Of a stretch of 64,000 nucleotides of DNA, positions 48,400 to 57,805 are shown in pieces. Source of the stretch: Chitinophagales bacterium (GTDB lineage Bacteria > Bacteroidota > Bacteroidia > Chitinophagales > LD1). The notes beneath the pieces were generated by a model. It ran no database searches and was not told the origin of the DNA. It worked only from the letters and a program-made list of their open reading frames with translations. Where the stretch lies: assembly GCA_046329535.1 (NCBI GenBank), contig JAXLUN010000001.1:66856-130855 (forward strand), written 5' to 3'. A program made the position numbers and the translations under genes. Positions within the stretch are counted from its first letter, which is position 1, and each line of letters starts with the position of its first letter.

Positions 48400-49713
48400 G
48401 TGAAGACAAAGAGTATTACAAAAGATAAAGTTTCTGTTATTACACTAGGCTGTTCCAAAAACCTTGTTGACAGCGAAGTTCTGATGAGCCAATTACAGCA
48501 TGGAGGCTATGATGTTAAGCATGATAAGTGGAGTAAAGGGCGCAATATTGTTATTGTGAATACATGCGGTTTTATAGATAAAGCCAAGGAGGAATCTGTG
48601 AATACTATTCTGGAATATGCAGATGCTAAAACCAAAGGTAAAATTGAGAAGTTGTATGTTACCGGTTGTTTAAGTCAGAGATATAAAGACAATCTGGAAA
48701 CGGAAATCCCGGAGGTAGATGCCTTTTTTGGCACCATGGAACTTCCAAGATTATTGAAGACTTTGAAAGTAGACTATAAGCATGAACTGATAGGGGAGCG
48801 TTTTCTTACTACACCAGTTCATTATGCTTACATGAAAATTTCTGAGGGCTGTAACCGAACCTGTTCGTTTTGTGCCATACCGCTAATGCGGGGAAAACAT
48901 GTTTCCAGACCAATTGAAGAGCTAGTAAATGAAGCAAGGAAACTCGCTTCACAGGGTGTTAAAGAATTGATGTTGATTGCTCAGGAACTCACTTTTTATG
49001 GATTGGATATTTACAAAAGGAGAAGGCTGCCTGAGTTACTGAACGAACTTTCCAAAGTGGATGGGATAGAATGGATTCGTCTGCACTACGCTTACCCCGC
49101 TCAGTTTCCATTGGAGATAATTGATGCCATGTCCAACAACCCTAAGGTTTGTAACTATTTAGATATGCCATTGCAGCATGCAGGTGATAACATCCTTACC
49201 TCTATGCGCAGAAATATCACTAATACTCAAACCCGTGAGCTCATTCAAGAAATTAGAGCGCGTATTCCCTCTATTGCAATCCGTACTACCATGTTGGTAG
49301 GCTTCCCAAATGAGACCCACCAGGATTTTGAAGAGTTAAAAAGCTTTATACAAGATATGCGTTTCGATCGTTTAGGGGTGTTTACCTATTCGCACGAGGA
49401 GAATACAAGGGCCTACGAAATTGATGACAACATACCTCAGGAAGTAAAAGAACAAAGAGCCGCTGAACTGATGGGTGTACAGGAACGCATTTCATACGAA
49501 CTGAATCAGCAAAAAATTGGTAAGACCTATAAAGTAATTTTTGATCGTAAGGAGGGAGGTTTTTTTATTGGCCGTACCGAATTTGATAGTCCCGAGGTAG
49601 ACAATGAAGTTTTGGTTGATGCCAAATCTCAATACGTGAGGGTAGGAGATTTTTCTAAAGTCAAAATTACTCGTGCCGAAGAATTTGATTTATACGGGGA
49701 TGTTGTTTCTTAA
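48400..49713 (+). CDS. rimO: Ribosomal protein S12 methylthiotransferase RimO
   Basis: An N-terminal UPF0004 domain (LGCSKN), the radical SAM motif CNRTCSFC, and a C-terminal TRAM domain. The start is GTG, immediately after the ftsY stop. Confidence 0.88.
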   Translation: MKTKSITKDKVSVITLGCSKNLVDSEVLMSQLQHGGYDVKHDKWSKGRNIVIVNTCGFIDKAKEESVNTILEYADAKTKGKIEKLYVTGCLSQRYKDNLETEIPEVDAFFGTMELPRLLKTLKVDYKHELIGERFLTTPVHYAYMKISEGCNRTCSFCAIPLMRGKHVSRPIEELVNEARKLASQGVKELMLIAQELTFYGLDIYKRRRLPELLNELSKVDGIEWIRLHYAYPAQFPLEIIDAMSNNPKVCNYLDMPLQHAGDNILTSMRRNITNTQTRELIQEIRARIPSIAIRTTMLVGFPNETHQDFEELKSFIQDMRFDRLGVFTYSHEENTRAYEIDDNIPQEVKEQRAAELMGVQERISYELNQQKIGKTYKVIFDRKEGGFFIGRTEFDSPEVDNEVLVDAKSQYVRVGDFSKVKITRAEEFDLYGDVVS

Positions 49714-49725
49714 TTTGTTGCATTC

Positions 49726-51306
49726 ATGATCTCACTGAATCAAAAAATATCTCTGTCCGAAACTGGCCTTTTACCTGTATTAGTCAACGATTATTTATTG
49801 CAGAAGGAAGCAATTTCATTCCTTTCAGCATATCCATTCAGTTTTGATGGTTTTAAAAAAGTGTTATCTGATAAGGCCAGTGATTCTGTCGATAGGAAGT
49901 TATTGGTCGAGGTACTTTCCTCACAGTATGAGAGTATCTCCACAACCAACTCCGTTACCAACAATATTCAATCCCTTCTTTCCGACAAGACATTTACAGT
50001 GGTAGCGGCTCATCAACCCTGCTTGTTGATGGGGCCACTGTATAATATTTATAAGATAGCCGGAGCTATTAACATCACGGTACAATTGAAGCAGCAGTAT
50101 CCTGAGTATAATTTTGTTCCAGTTTTTTGGATGGGGAGTGAAGATCATGATGTGATGGAGCTAAATAATACCTATATAAATGGTCGGAAGATTGAATGGG
50201 TAACACCTGGCATGGGGGCATCCGGACGATGGAGTACTGAAGGAATAAAGAAAGTTATTGATGATTTACAAGCTATGGGAATAGGAGAGGATATGATGAA
50301 AGTATTGAAACACGGGCTTGAGACTTTTTCTGAATTTGGGCGGTTCACTCAGTATTTTGTCAATGAGTTGTTTCAGGAATATGGTCTGGTTGTTCTTGAT
50401 CAAGATGATGCACGTTTTAAACATCGGTTTGCTTCTGTTATACGAGATGAGATTTTTAGTAACAGAGCAGAAGACGTGTTAAAGGATAATATTACATTTC
50501 TTGAAAGACATTATAAGGCACAGGCCAAACCACGGCCTATTAATTTCTTCTATTTAGGGCAAGGGTTTAGAGAACGCATTGTCTTTAATCCTCTCTCGCA
50601 GCGATATGAGATCAACAATCAAGCTGTAACTTTTAGCAGAGAGGAGATGAAGGCAGAAATTGAACAACATCCCGAGCGTTTTAGTCCTAACGTTATATTT
50701 CGCCCATTATACCAGGAAATACTGCTTCCTAACCTGGCTTTTACAGGAGGAGCCGGTGAACTAAGTTATTGGTTAGAATTGAAACCTTTGTTCAACTATT
50801 ATCATGTAAATTATCCTTTATTGGTGATGCGTAGTTCGGCTGTAATAGTCAATGCCGCTACTCAAAAAAAACTGGAAAAACTTAGATTGTCAATTGCTGA
50901 CTTTCTGGGCGATATAGATGTATTGATTAATCGCTATGTCATGAAGCAAATGGATGAAGAATCTCGCTTATTAACTGAGAAAGAACAAGTGGAACTCATT
51001 TTTCAGGCTATCTCAGATAAAGCTGAACGAGCTGATGTAACTCTGAAAAATAGTGTTCAAGCGGAGAAACAAAAGGTCTTAGCGACCTTGGAAAATCTTG
51101 AATCAAAAATGTTGAAAGCAGAGAAGCGCAAACAAGAAACTGCAATTAATCAGATACGCGCCATACATGCTGCGTTATTTCCGGATGGTATCTTGCAAGA
51201 GCGTAGGGAAAACTTCCTCCCTTACTATTCGTCTCAGTTTATTAAAGAAGCCGTAAATCAACTCAATCCATTCGATAAGTCTTTCTTCATTTTTGCCCAC
51301 GATTAG
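49726..51306 (+). CDS. bshC: Bacillithiol biosynthesis cysteine-adding enzyme BshC
   Basis: 526 aa. The AHQPCLLMGPLYNIYKIAGAI block and a C-terminal coiled-coil region are typical of BshC. Confidence 0.75.
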   Translation: MISLNQKISLSETGLLPVLVNDYLLQKEAISFLSAYPFSFDGFKKVLSDKASDSVDRKLLVEVLSSQYESISTTNSVTNNIQSLLSDKTFTVVAAHQPCLLMGPLYNIYKIAGAINITVQLKQQYPEYNFVPVFWMGSEDHDVMELNNTYINGRKIEWVTPGMGASGRWSTEGIKKVIDDLQAMGIGEDMMKVLKHGLETFSEFGRFTQYFVNELFQEYGLVVLDQDDARFKHRFASVIRDEIFSNRAEDVLKDNITFLERHYKAQAKPRPINFFYLGQGFRERIVFNPLSQRYEINNQAVTFSREEMKAEIEQHPERFSPNVIFRPLYQEILLPNLAFTGGAGELSYWLELKPLFNYYHVNYPLLVMRSSAVIVNAATQKKLEKLRLSIADFLGDIDVLINRYVMKQMDEESRLLTEKEQVELIFQAISDKAERADVTLKNSVQAEKQKVLATLENLESKMLKAEKRKQETAINQIRAIHAALFPDGILQERRENFLPYYSSQFIKEAVNQLNPFDKSFFIFAHD

Positions 51307-51378
51307 CTGAATGATTAGTTTTTATGTTGTCCGTATGCTGTTATTGAGTGAGCCAAGAGTATTGGTCATATACGCAAC

Positions 51379-53937
51379 CTAAAAATTAATCACAAGTTTG
51401 GCATTAATTCTTCGCGAGGAGAGATAGTTGGGCACAGCATATTGAGTATTACTGATATCACGCACCCAGAGGTAGGAAACCGTATTGGTAATGCCGAAAA
51501 TGTTGAACACTTCCAGCGAGAGCCAAACGCCTTTCAACCCTTGATTGAAAACCGTTTTGTTTTTCGCCCAAATAGGATTCCACAGTTGTCCACTGAAACC
51601 AATATCTACACGTTTGTAAGCAGGTAGTTTGAGCACATCTTTATATTTATCTCTGCCAGGAGGGCCAAAAGGTAGACCGGTACCAAACACCATGCTTACA
51701 TGAACCTTAATAAACTTAAACTTAGGTATGTAATCCTGAAAAAACATGGCAAAGTTTACCAGTTGGTCGGTGGGGCGAGGTATGTAGCCTGGATAAATGG
51801 TATCGGTAGAAGCTATTTTACTTTGGTTTCGAGGAGTATTGGCAATTTGGCGGCCACTGCTGTCATAGTAAGCCGTGTATTTATCACCAATAATATCTTC
51901 TGCTGTTTTCATAATGCTCATGCTAATCCAGCTTTCTGCACCTTCAACCAGTTCCCCATTTAAACGCAAATCAATACCCGCGGCATAGCCCTTCGATGAG
52001 TTGGTGCCCAGATACCGAATGAGTACGTTATCGTATTTATATGGCACCATATCCCACAGGTATTTGTAATATACCTCTGTGGTAAAGCTGAAGTTGCGTT
52101 TCCAGGCCTTGAATGCGTAGTTAACCCCAAGCACTGCATGCAAAGATTTTTGTGCTTTCAGTTTGGTGTTTACCTCTCCATCCAGATTACGCATTTCGCG
52201 ATAAAAAGGAGGCTGGTAATAGGTTCCCACGGCTGCGGTTAACACAATGTCAGCCTTGCCTTTGGGCTTATAGCTGAATTGAGCGCGCGGGGTAATAACG
52301 GGTTCTTTATTTACATCCCAATAAGAAAAACGAATCCCGTAGTTAAATGTAAACTTAGAGCTGTCGCCAAATTTCCAGGTGTCTTGTATAAATCCGGAGA
52401 GGCGATTAGATTTTAAGTCGAAAGAAGAACGAAGAAATGCATCTACCCCAATCTCATTTTTTATCGGTAGATAATACTGGTTGGTGTCAACCATCACCGG
52501 ATTTGTGTAGTCCGTAGTAAAGTTGAAGGGCAGAGAATGACCGGCTGAGTCAAGCATTTTCCACTCACTGATTTTATCATGAATCACCTCACGCTTATAG
52601 TCAAGCCCCCATTGAAGGTTGTGGTTTTTCTTAAACCATGAACCACGTGTGCCAACATAATATATGTCACTGTTCAGGGTGTTGCGCGCCCAGTCGTGCA
52701 ATCCACCTACTCCTAAACTATAAAGCACCTCGCCAAAGTTATCTTTACCCAAATCGCTTTCCACCTGACTCAGGTAGTATTCGCCCAAAATGTCGTAAGC
52801 TTCTTTTTCGCGATTCATGTAATATGAGCCCAGCAATTTTAGCCTAAGGTTTTCCGTAGGATTATAGATGAGCGAAAGCCCGTTCATTAAAGTTTGATAC
52901 TTATCTGATTCCTGACCATCGAAATAAATGGTTAGTTTCTTAACATCGGTAAGCAACCCAAATGTAGTTTCGCGATTAACCGGTTTAAATACAAATTGGT
53001 TGCGGGAGTAGTTGCTGATAAGTTCAAGCCCCCATTTCTCATTTTTTGAAGTATAGGTGGCAAATAGTTGCGCATCTACAAAGTTAGGACTGTATTCTCC
53101 CTGTGTTTCGAGTGATTTCAGAACATATTGACTCAGCCTTTGCCTTACCCCAACCAGAAAGGTAAATCGCTTTGACTTGTCGCATCCTTCCAGATGCCCT
53201 CCCACACCTAATAAACTACCGTAAACACTGCCGCTAAATTCTTTGGGGCGTTTGTATGTTACATCCAGCACTGAACTCATCTTATCGCCATACTTTGATT
53301 GAAAACCACCCGAAGTAAATTTGACATTACCTACCAAACTGCCATTTACAAAGCTGAGACCTTCCTGCTGTCCGCTTCGTATTAAAAAGGGTCGATACAC
53401 TTCAAAGTCGTTGACATAAACAAGGTTCTCATCAAAATTTCCTCCTCTTACTGAGTAGGCAGAGCTTAGTTCGTTGGTTTTAGATACTCCCAAACCCTGA
53501 AACTGTAAATTCGATTCAAAGCTCTCGTTCACCGAAGCTATAAAAGGTTGGTTTTTTACCTCTACAGTGCTGGTGGTGCCGTCTTTACGTACGCCTACAA
53601 TATTGACGGTTTGCTTGGTGTTCACTTTTTCTTTTATGACCACGTTAACGGTTACAACTTCGCCCTTGCCTACTTCAATTCGGCCACGGTAAGGTTCAAT
53701 GTTGAGTGAGGAAAATACAACGGTGATTTTTTTACCTGCTGGTACTTTAAACTCGAATGCCCCGTTTTTATCGGTCAGGGTATTATACTTCTGGTCTTCT
53801 TCAACCACCACCGATACAAAGTCAAATTTTTGTCCGCTTGAATCGGTTACCATTCCCTTCAAAGTGCCGGTGTTTTGTGCCCAAATTAATCCGGCATAAA
53901 TCAGTAATACGGAAAGGGAGCTTACTTTTTTAAACAT
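51379..53937 (-). CDS. TonB-dependent receptor with an N-terminal carboxypeptidase-regulatory-like domain
   Basis: A signal peptide, a CarboxypepD_reg-like start, a plug block (VRGGNFDENLVYVNDFEVY...GGFQSKYGDKMSSVLDV), and a C-terminal aromatic residue (F). Confidence 0.85.
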   Translation of the reverse strand: MFKKVSSLSVLLIYAGLIWAQNTGTLKGMVTDSSGQKFDFVSVVVEEDQKYNTLTDKNGAFEFKVPAGKKITVVFSSLNIEPYRGRIEVGKGEVVTVNVVIKEKVNTKQTVNIVGVRKDGTTSTVEVKNQPFIASVNESFESNLQFQGLGVSKTNELSSAYSVRGGNFDENLVYVNDFEVYRPFLIRSGQQEGLSFVNGSLVGNVKFTSGGFQSKYGDKMSSVLDVTYKRPKEFSGSVYGSLLGVGGHLEGCDKSKRFTFLVGVRQRLSQYVLKSLETQGEYSPNFVDAQLFATYTSKNEKWGLELISNYSRNQFVFKPVNRETTFGLLTDVKKLTIYFDGQESDKYQTLMNGLSLIYNPTENLRLKLLGSYYMNREKEAYDILGEYYLSQVESDLGKDNFGEVLYSLGVGGLHDWARNTLNSDIYYVGTRGSWFKKNHNLQWGLDYKREVIHDKISEWKMLDSAGHSLPFNFTTDYTNPVMVDTNQYYLPIKNEIGVDAFLRSSFDLKSNRLSGFIQDTWKFGDSSKFTFNYGIRFSYWDVNKEPVITPRAQFSYKPKGKADIVLTAAVGTYYQPPFYREMRNLDGEVNTKLKAQKSLHAVLGVNYAFKAWKRNFSFTTEVYYKYLWDMVPYKYDNVLIRYLGTNSSKGYAAGIDLRLNGELVEGAESWISMSIMKTAEDIIGDKYTAYYDSSGRQIANTPRNQSKIASTDTIYPGYIPRPTDQLVNFAMFFQDYIPKFKFIKVHVSMVFGTGLPFGPPGRDKYKDVLKLPAYKRVDIGFSGQLWNPIWAKNKTVFNQGLKGVWLSLEVFNIFGITNTVSYLWVRDISNTQYAVPNYLSSRRINAKLVINF

Positions 53938-53987
53938 CGAACAGCTAAACGTATGTTGAAGGGTATTATTGTTTTTAAAAGGAGTTC

Positions 53988-54647
53988 TTATACGCCCAGG
54001 TTACGAATATCCTGAATGGTTTTCATTGGATCGGCCGAACCGAAAACGGCATTGCCGGCTACTAACACATCGGCTCCGACATCTATCAGTTCTTTAGCAT
54101 TAGCGGTACTTATACCACCGTCAACTTCTATTTTGGCCTTAGAGCCCGAAGCGGTAATCAGGGCTTTGGCTTCTTTTACTTTGTTGGTAGAATAGGGAAT
54201 AAACTTTTGTCCGCCAAAGCCAGGATTCACACTCATAATTAGAACTAAATCGAGCAGGTGAATTATTTCTTTCAAAACAGAAACGGGAGTAGCAGGATTA
54301 AGTGCCACACCGGCTGTAGCTCCTGTCTTTTTTATCTGATGTATAACAGAATCGAGATGAGTTACTCCTTCGTAATGTACGGTTATGTTGTGCGCACCGG
54401 CATCGCGAAACTGTTGGAAATACTTTTCGGGCTGCAGGATCATTAAATGCACATCGTTAAACTTAGCGGAATGTTTTCCAATGGCTTGAATAACCGGAAA
54501 TCCGAAACTGATGTTCGGCACAAAAACACCGTCCATCACATCAATATGTATCCAGTCAGCATGGCTGTTGTTTAACATTTCGATATCACGCTGCAGGTTT
54601 CCAAAATCGGCACTTAGTACCGATGGGGCAACAATTACTTTACTCAT
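53988..54647 (-). CDS. rpe: Ribulose-phosphate 3-epimerase
   Basis: IAPSVLSADF...HIDVMDG.FVPN...MSVNPGFGGQKF. Confidence 0.93.
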   Translation of the reverse strand: MSKVIVAPSVLSADFGNLQRDIEMLNNSHADWIHIDVMDGVFVPNISFGFPVIQAIGKHSAKFNDVHLMILQPEKYFQQFRDAGAHNITVHYEGVTHLDSVIHQIKKTGATAGVALNPATPVSVLKEIIHLLDLVLIMSVNPGFGGQKFIPYSTNKVKEAKALITASGSKAKIEVDGGISTANAKELIDVGADVLVAGNAVFGSADPMKTIQDIRNLGV

Positions 54648-54745
54648 GTGGGCGAAGATAAACGGAAATACAAATTAGGTAGTATGAAATGAATGAACAA
54701 TAACTGATAATAGTCCAGGTGAGAAGGATATGCTTGAGTATTGTA

Positions 54746-55936
54746 TTATTGAAGTCGATACCCTCTTTTTTCTGATACACTGATTCCTCTTGCCCTAAAT
54801 GGGAACTCCAGTTCGCCTGATAGAATCATGTTTGTAAGATTTCCAGCTTCAATCACGTTGTCAACACCTGTTATACGTATTTTGCCGTTCAATATGGTCT
54901 CCATTACGCGCGGTGCCGAATATACTTTTCCATCTAATACAATGGCAATGCATCGTTTGGTTGTTTTCGGAGAAGAAGCTTCGCGGGTCATTCGTTCAAA
55001 AATGGTCGCTCCACCTGAATTCATTTGTAAATCTACTTCGGCAACTCTGTCTTTATCTATAAGTGTTTCAGCATTTATTATATACTGGTTGTTGATTGGC
55101 GCATCTTTCAGTTGTTTACTATGCCTAATTGCATACAGGGCATAAACATCTTTTTCCTGATTCAGAGCTGAGGCACTCCACATTAACTGCAAATCATCGG
55201 GAAAAAGTGATTGTATTTCCGGATGGCTTAAGTATCTGTTTATCGTAGCCGTATCTTTGCCAAAAGATCGTCCTGCGATAGGACCTTCCCCAATGGTAAT
55301 ATTGTTACCTGTTCCAATAGTATTCAGATATAAAAGCGAAAATAGTGGGCTTTGCAGTCTATCTGCTTCTTGGGCGAGCATTGCTTTTTTTTTAAGGCTA
55401 TCGGGTATCAGGTCGCCAAACAGGGCATCTCCAGCCGAAATTTCCTGTTTAGCCTTATTCTGTTGTTTTATTGCTGTGTTTGTTTCAGCCAGAATTGTTA
55501 CCAACTTCTGATCAGCATAACTTAGAAGGCTAAGCACTTCCGAAGCTTCGAATGTGTGAAAAAATTCAAGTTTGCCTTTGGTTGATAGTAATTGAAAAAG
55601 AGCCGCATTGTTTATTACGTTATCAATGGTATAAAAAATACTTCCCCCTTCAGCGCTTATCCTGCTTTCTTTTACTATGGCACCGCAGCCTGTGATTCGT
55701 TTTCGAAGAATGCTGTCGGCATGTTGTAATTTTTCATTTCTTCCGGATAATGAGGCCGTAAGTACCGACTCATCAGCTTTCAATTCAACCTGAGTAGTGT
55801 ATGTTTTTAAATTAAGTCTCTCCCATTGCCCTTCAACCTCCCGCCATTTCCCTTTTACGATTAATAGATAAAAAAGCAGCAATGCCAAAATTAATGAGCC
55901 CGCCAGTAAAATCTCAGATCTATTTTTTTGAATCAC
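54746..55936 (-). CDS. Single-pass membrane protein resembling only the periplasmic (P1) region of SecD
   Basis: It has one N-terminal TM helix. After that come TKGKLEFFHTF and CIAIVLDGKVYSAPRVMETILNGKIRITG, which mirror the conserved SecD periplasmic blocks. The ORF stops before any of the six-TM SecD/F membrane domain. GTG start. Confidence 0.55.
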   Translation of the reverse strand: MIQKNRSEILLAGSLILALLLFYLLIVKGKWREVEGQWERLNLKTYTTQVELKADESVLTASLSGRNEKLQHADSILRKRITGCGAIVKESRISAEGGSIFYTIDNVINNAALFQLLSTKGKLEFFHTFEASEVLSLLSYADQKLVTILAETNTAIKQQNKAKQEISAGDALFGDLIPDSLKKKAMLAQEADRLQSPLFSLLYLNTIGTGNNITIGEGPIAGRSFGKDTATINRYLSHPEIQSLFPDDLQLMWSASALNQEKDVYALYAIRHSKQLKDAPINNQYIINAETLIDKDRVAEVDLQMNSGGATIFERMTREASSPKTTKRCIAIVLDGKVYSAPRVMETILNGKIRITGVDNVIEAGNLTNMILSGELEFPFRARGISVSEKRGYRLQ

Positions 55937-55971
55937 AATTCATGCGCTTATTGAAAATCAAAATTTGTTAT

Positions 55972-57627
55972 CTATTTCTTAAACAAACCCTCAATCACTT
56001 TGCCCACACTGCCGTTGGGTTCCTGAATGCGTAGCATGGCGGCCAGGGTAGGGGCAATGTCGGTCATGTAGATGTTACTATGGTCTTCTCCTTTAGGGAT
56101 TTTCCAACCCATCCAAACTAAGGGAACATGTGTATCGTAAGGATAAACCGTGCCGTGCGTGGTGCCCTTGGTCATGCCCTCAAACCATCCCGGCTCAAAC
56201 AGTACATACAGTTCTCCCGAACGTTTCGGATAATATCCATTTCCAATGGCAGACTTTAAAGAGGCTTCTTCTATTTCATTATGCATGTTTTCAAGGTCCA
56301 TTACTTTCACAACACCGGTAACATTTTGTAAAAACTCACGCGCTGTATTCTTAACAGCAATTTTGCTAATTTTTTTCTCCGTTATCAGTTTGTCATTAAG
56401 TGTTAGCTGCATGTTTTCGTATCCAGAAATCCATTCGCCTGCACCATATTCTGCCACCAGTTTGGCTTCCAGTTGTTTTAAGGTAGTGTCTATGGGAAAC
56501 ACTCCGGCAGGTATTTTATGTTCTTTTAAAAAATCGGGTACGTGGGCCGCACCGTGGTCGGCTGTCAGGAAAACTACATAATTTCCTTTGCCCACCGTTT
56601 GGTCCAGATAGGTGAAAAAATTGCCCAGGTCTTTGTCTAAACGCAGGTAACAATCTTCAATCTCCACGCTGTTAGGTCCAAACTGATGGCCGATATAATC
56701 AGTCGAAGAAAGACTCACTGCTAGAAAGTCGGTAGCCTTACCTTTGCCTAATTGTTCGTTGCTGATAGCCGCTTTTGCAAAATCAAGAGTAAATGTATTT
56801 CCATATGGTGTAGCGCGTATGATATCCAGTGTCGGTGTCTTGAGTTCACTTACTTTATGTTCAAAAACCGGTTTGTTTTCGTTGCGGAAGGCACTTTCAT
56901 AAGGTTTATCATCTTCAGTACTTTCAAAATATTGCGCAAGTGGTAGTAGGGTGTTCCAGTTTTGGGAAACATATTTATCTGACAGTTTTTGGTCGTTAAA
57001 CGTTTTTACCCAGTTTGGTAAGTCGTTCATGTAAAAGTTAGAAGATATCCAGCCACCAGTGGTACCGTCATAAAAATAGGCAGCATTGGCGCTGTGGCCG
57101 GCTGGCAGAATAGCTCCACGATCCTTTAACGCAATGCCAATGGTTTTTGCTCGGAAGTTTGAGGCCAGCCTGAGCTCGTCTGTAATAGTCGTAGTGAGCA
57201 TTCTGTGAGGCGACATTTTCCCTGCAGCCGAAGTGCTGCCAATTGTTTTGGCAGAGGTATCTTCGGTACAATACACTACTTTATTTTCTTCTAAATCTAA
57301 CCAATTGTTTCCGGTAATGCCATGAACAGCTGGTACCGAACCTGTGTAAATACAGGTATGTCCACAAGCGGTGTAAGAAGGAGAGTAGTTAATATGGGTA
57401 TTGGCACAGCTATAACCTTCTCTCAGAAGACGATTAAAGCCATTCACCGTGTATTTTTCAGGATAACGATACAGATAATCCCATCGCATTTGATCTACTA
57501 CAATTCCAACTACTAATTTGGGCTGAGCCGGAATAGGATTGGTCGCTGCAGTCTTGGTTTGCGCCAAAGAAATCGTGGAGATAAAACAAATCAAAAGTAG
57601 TAGAACAGGTTTCGGGCGGTGTAGCAT
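55972..57627 (-). CDS. Secreted alkaline phosphatase / nucleotide pyrophosphatase superfamily enzyme, PafA-like
   Basis: A signal peptide, then VVGIVVDQMRWDYLYRY...NYSPSYTACGH...HGITGNNW and a downstream ADHG block. I trimmed the start to the ATG at 57627 (the track start is TTG). Confidence 0.7.
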   Translation of the reverse strand: MLHRPKPVLLLLICFISTISLAQTKTAATNPIPAQPKLVVGIVVDQMRWDYLYRYPEKYTVNGFNRLLREGYSCANTHINYSPSYTACGHTCIYTGSVPAVHGITGNNWLDLEENKVVYCTEDTSAKTIGSTSAAGKMSPHRMLTTTITDELRLASNFRAKTIGIALKDRGAILPAGHSANAAYFYDGTTGGWISSNFYMNDLPNWVKTFNDQKLSDKYVSQNWNTLLPLAQYFESTEDDKPYESAFRNENKPVFEHKVSELKTPTLDIIRATPYGNTFTLDFAKAAISNEQLGKGKATDFLAVSLSSTDYIGHQFGPNSVEIEDCYLRLDKDLGNFFTYLDQTVGKGNYVVFLTADHGAAHVPDFLKEHKIPAGVFPIDTTLKQLEAKLVAEYGAGEWISGYENMQLTLNDKLITEKKISKIAVKNTAREFLQNVTGVVKVMDLENMHNEIEEASLKSAIGNGYYPKRSGELYVLFEPGWFEGMTKGTTHGTVYPYDTHVPLVWMGWKIPKGEDHSNIYMTDIAPTLAAMLRIQEPNGSVGKVIEGLFKK

Positions 57628-57805
57628 GGCAAATATTTTATCCCGCAATATTAAAGCAATTGTGATATGCTGTATGAATTTATCAGGAAGACTAGGTTAA
57701 GGGTGTTAAAGTGATGTAAGCCTTGATTATTTTTTTACGAAGTAAACCAAATCATTACAGTTCTAATCAAGCAAAGCGTATCTTTGTCCCGCAAAAAATT
57801 ATACT

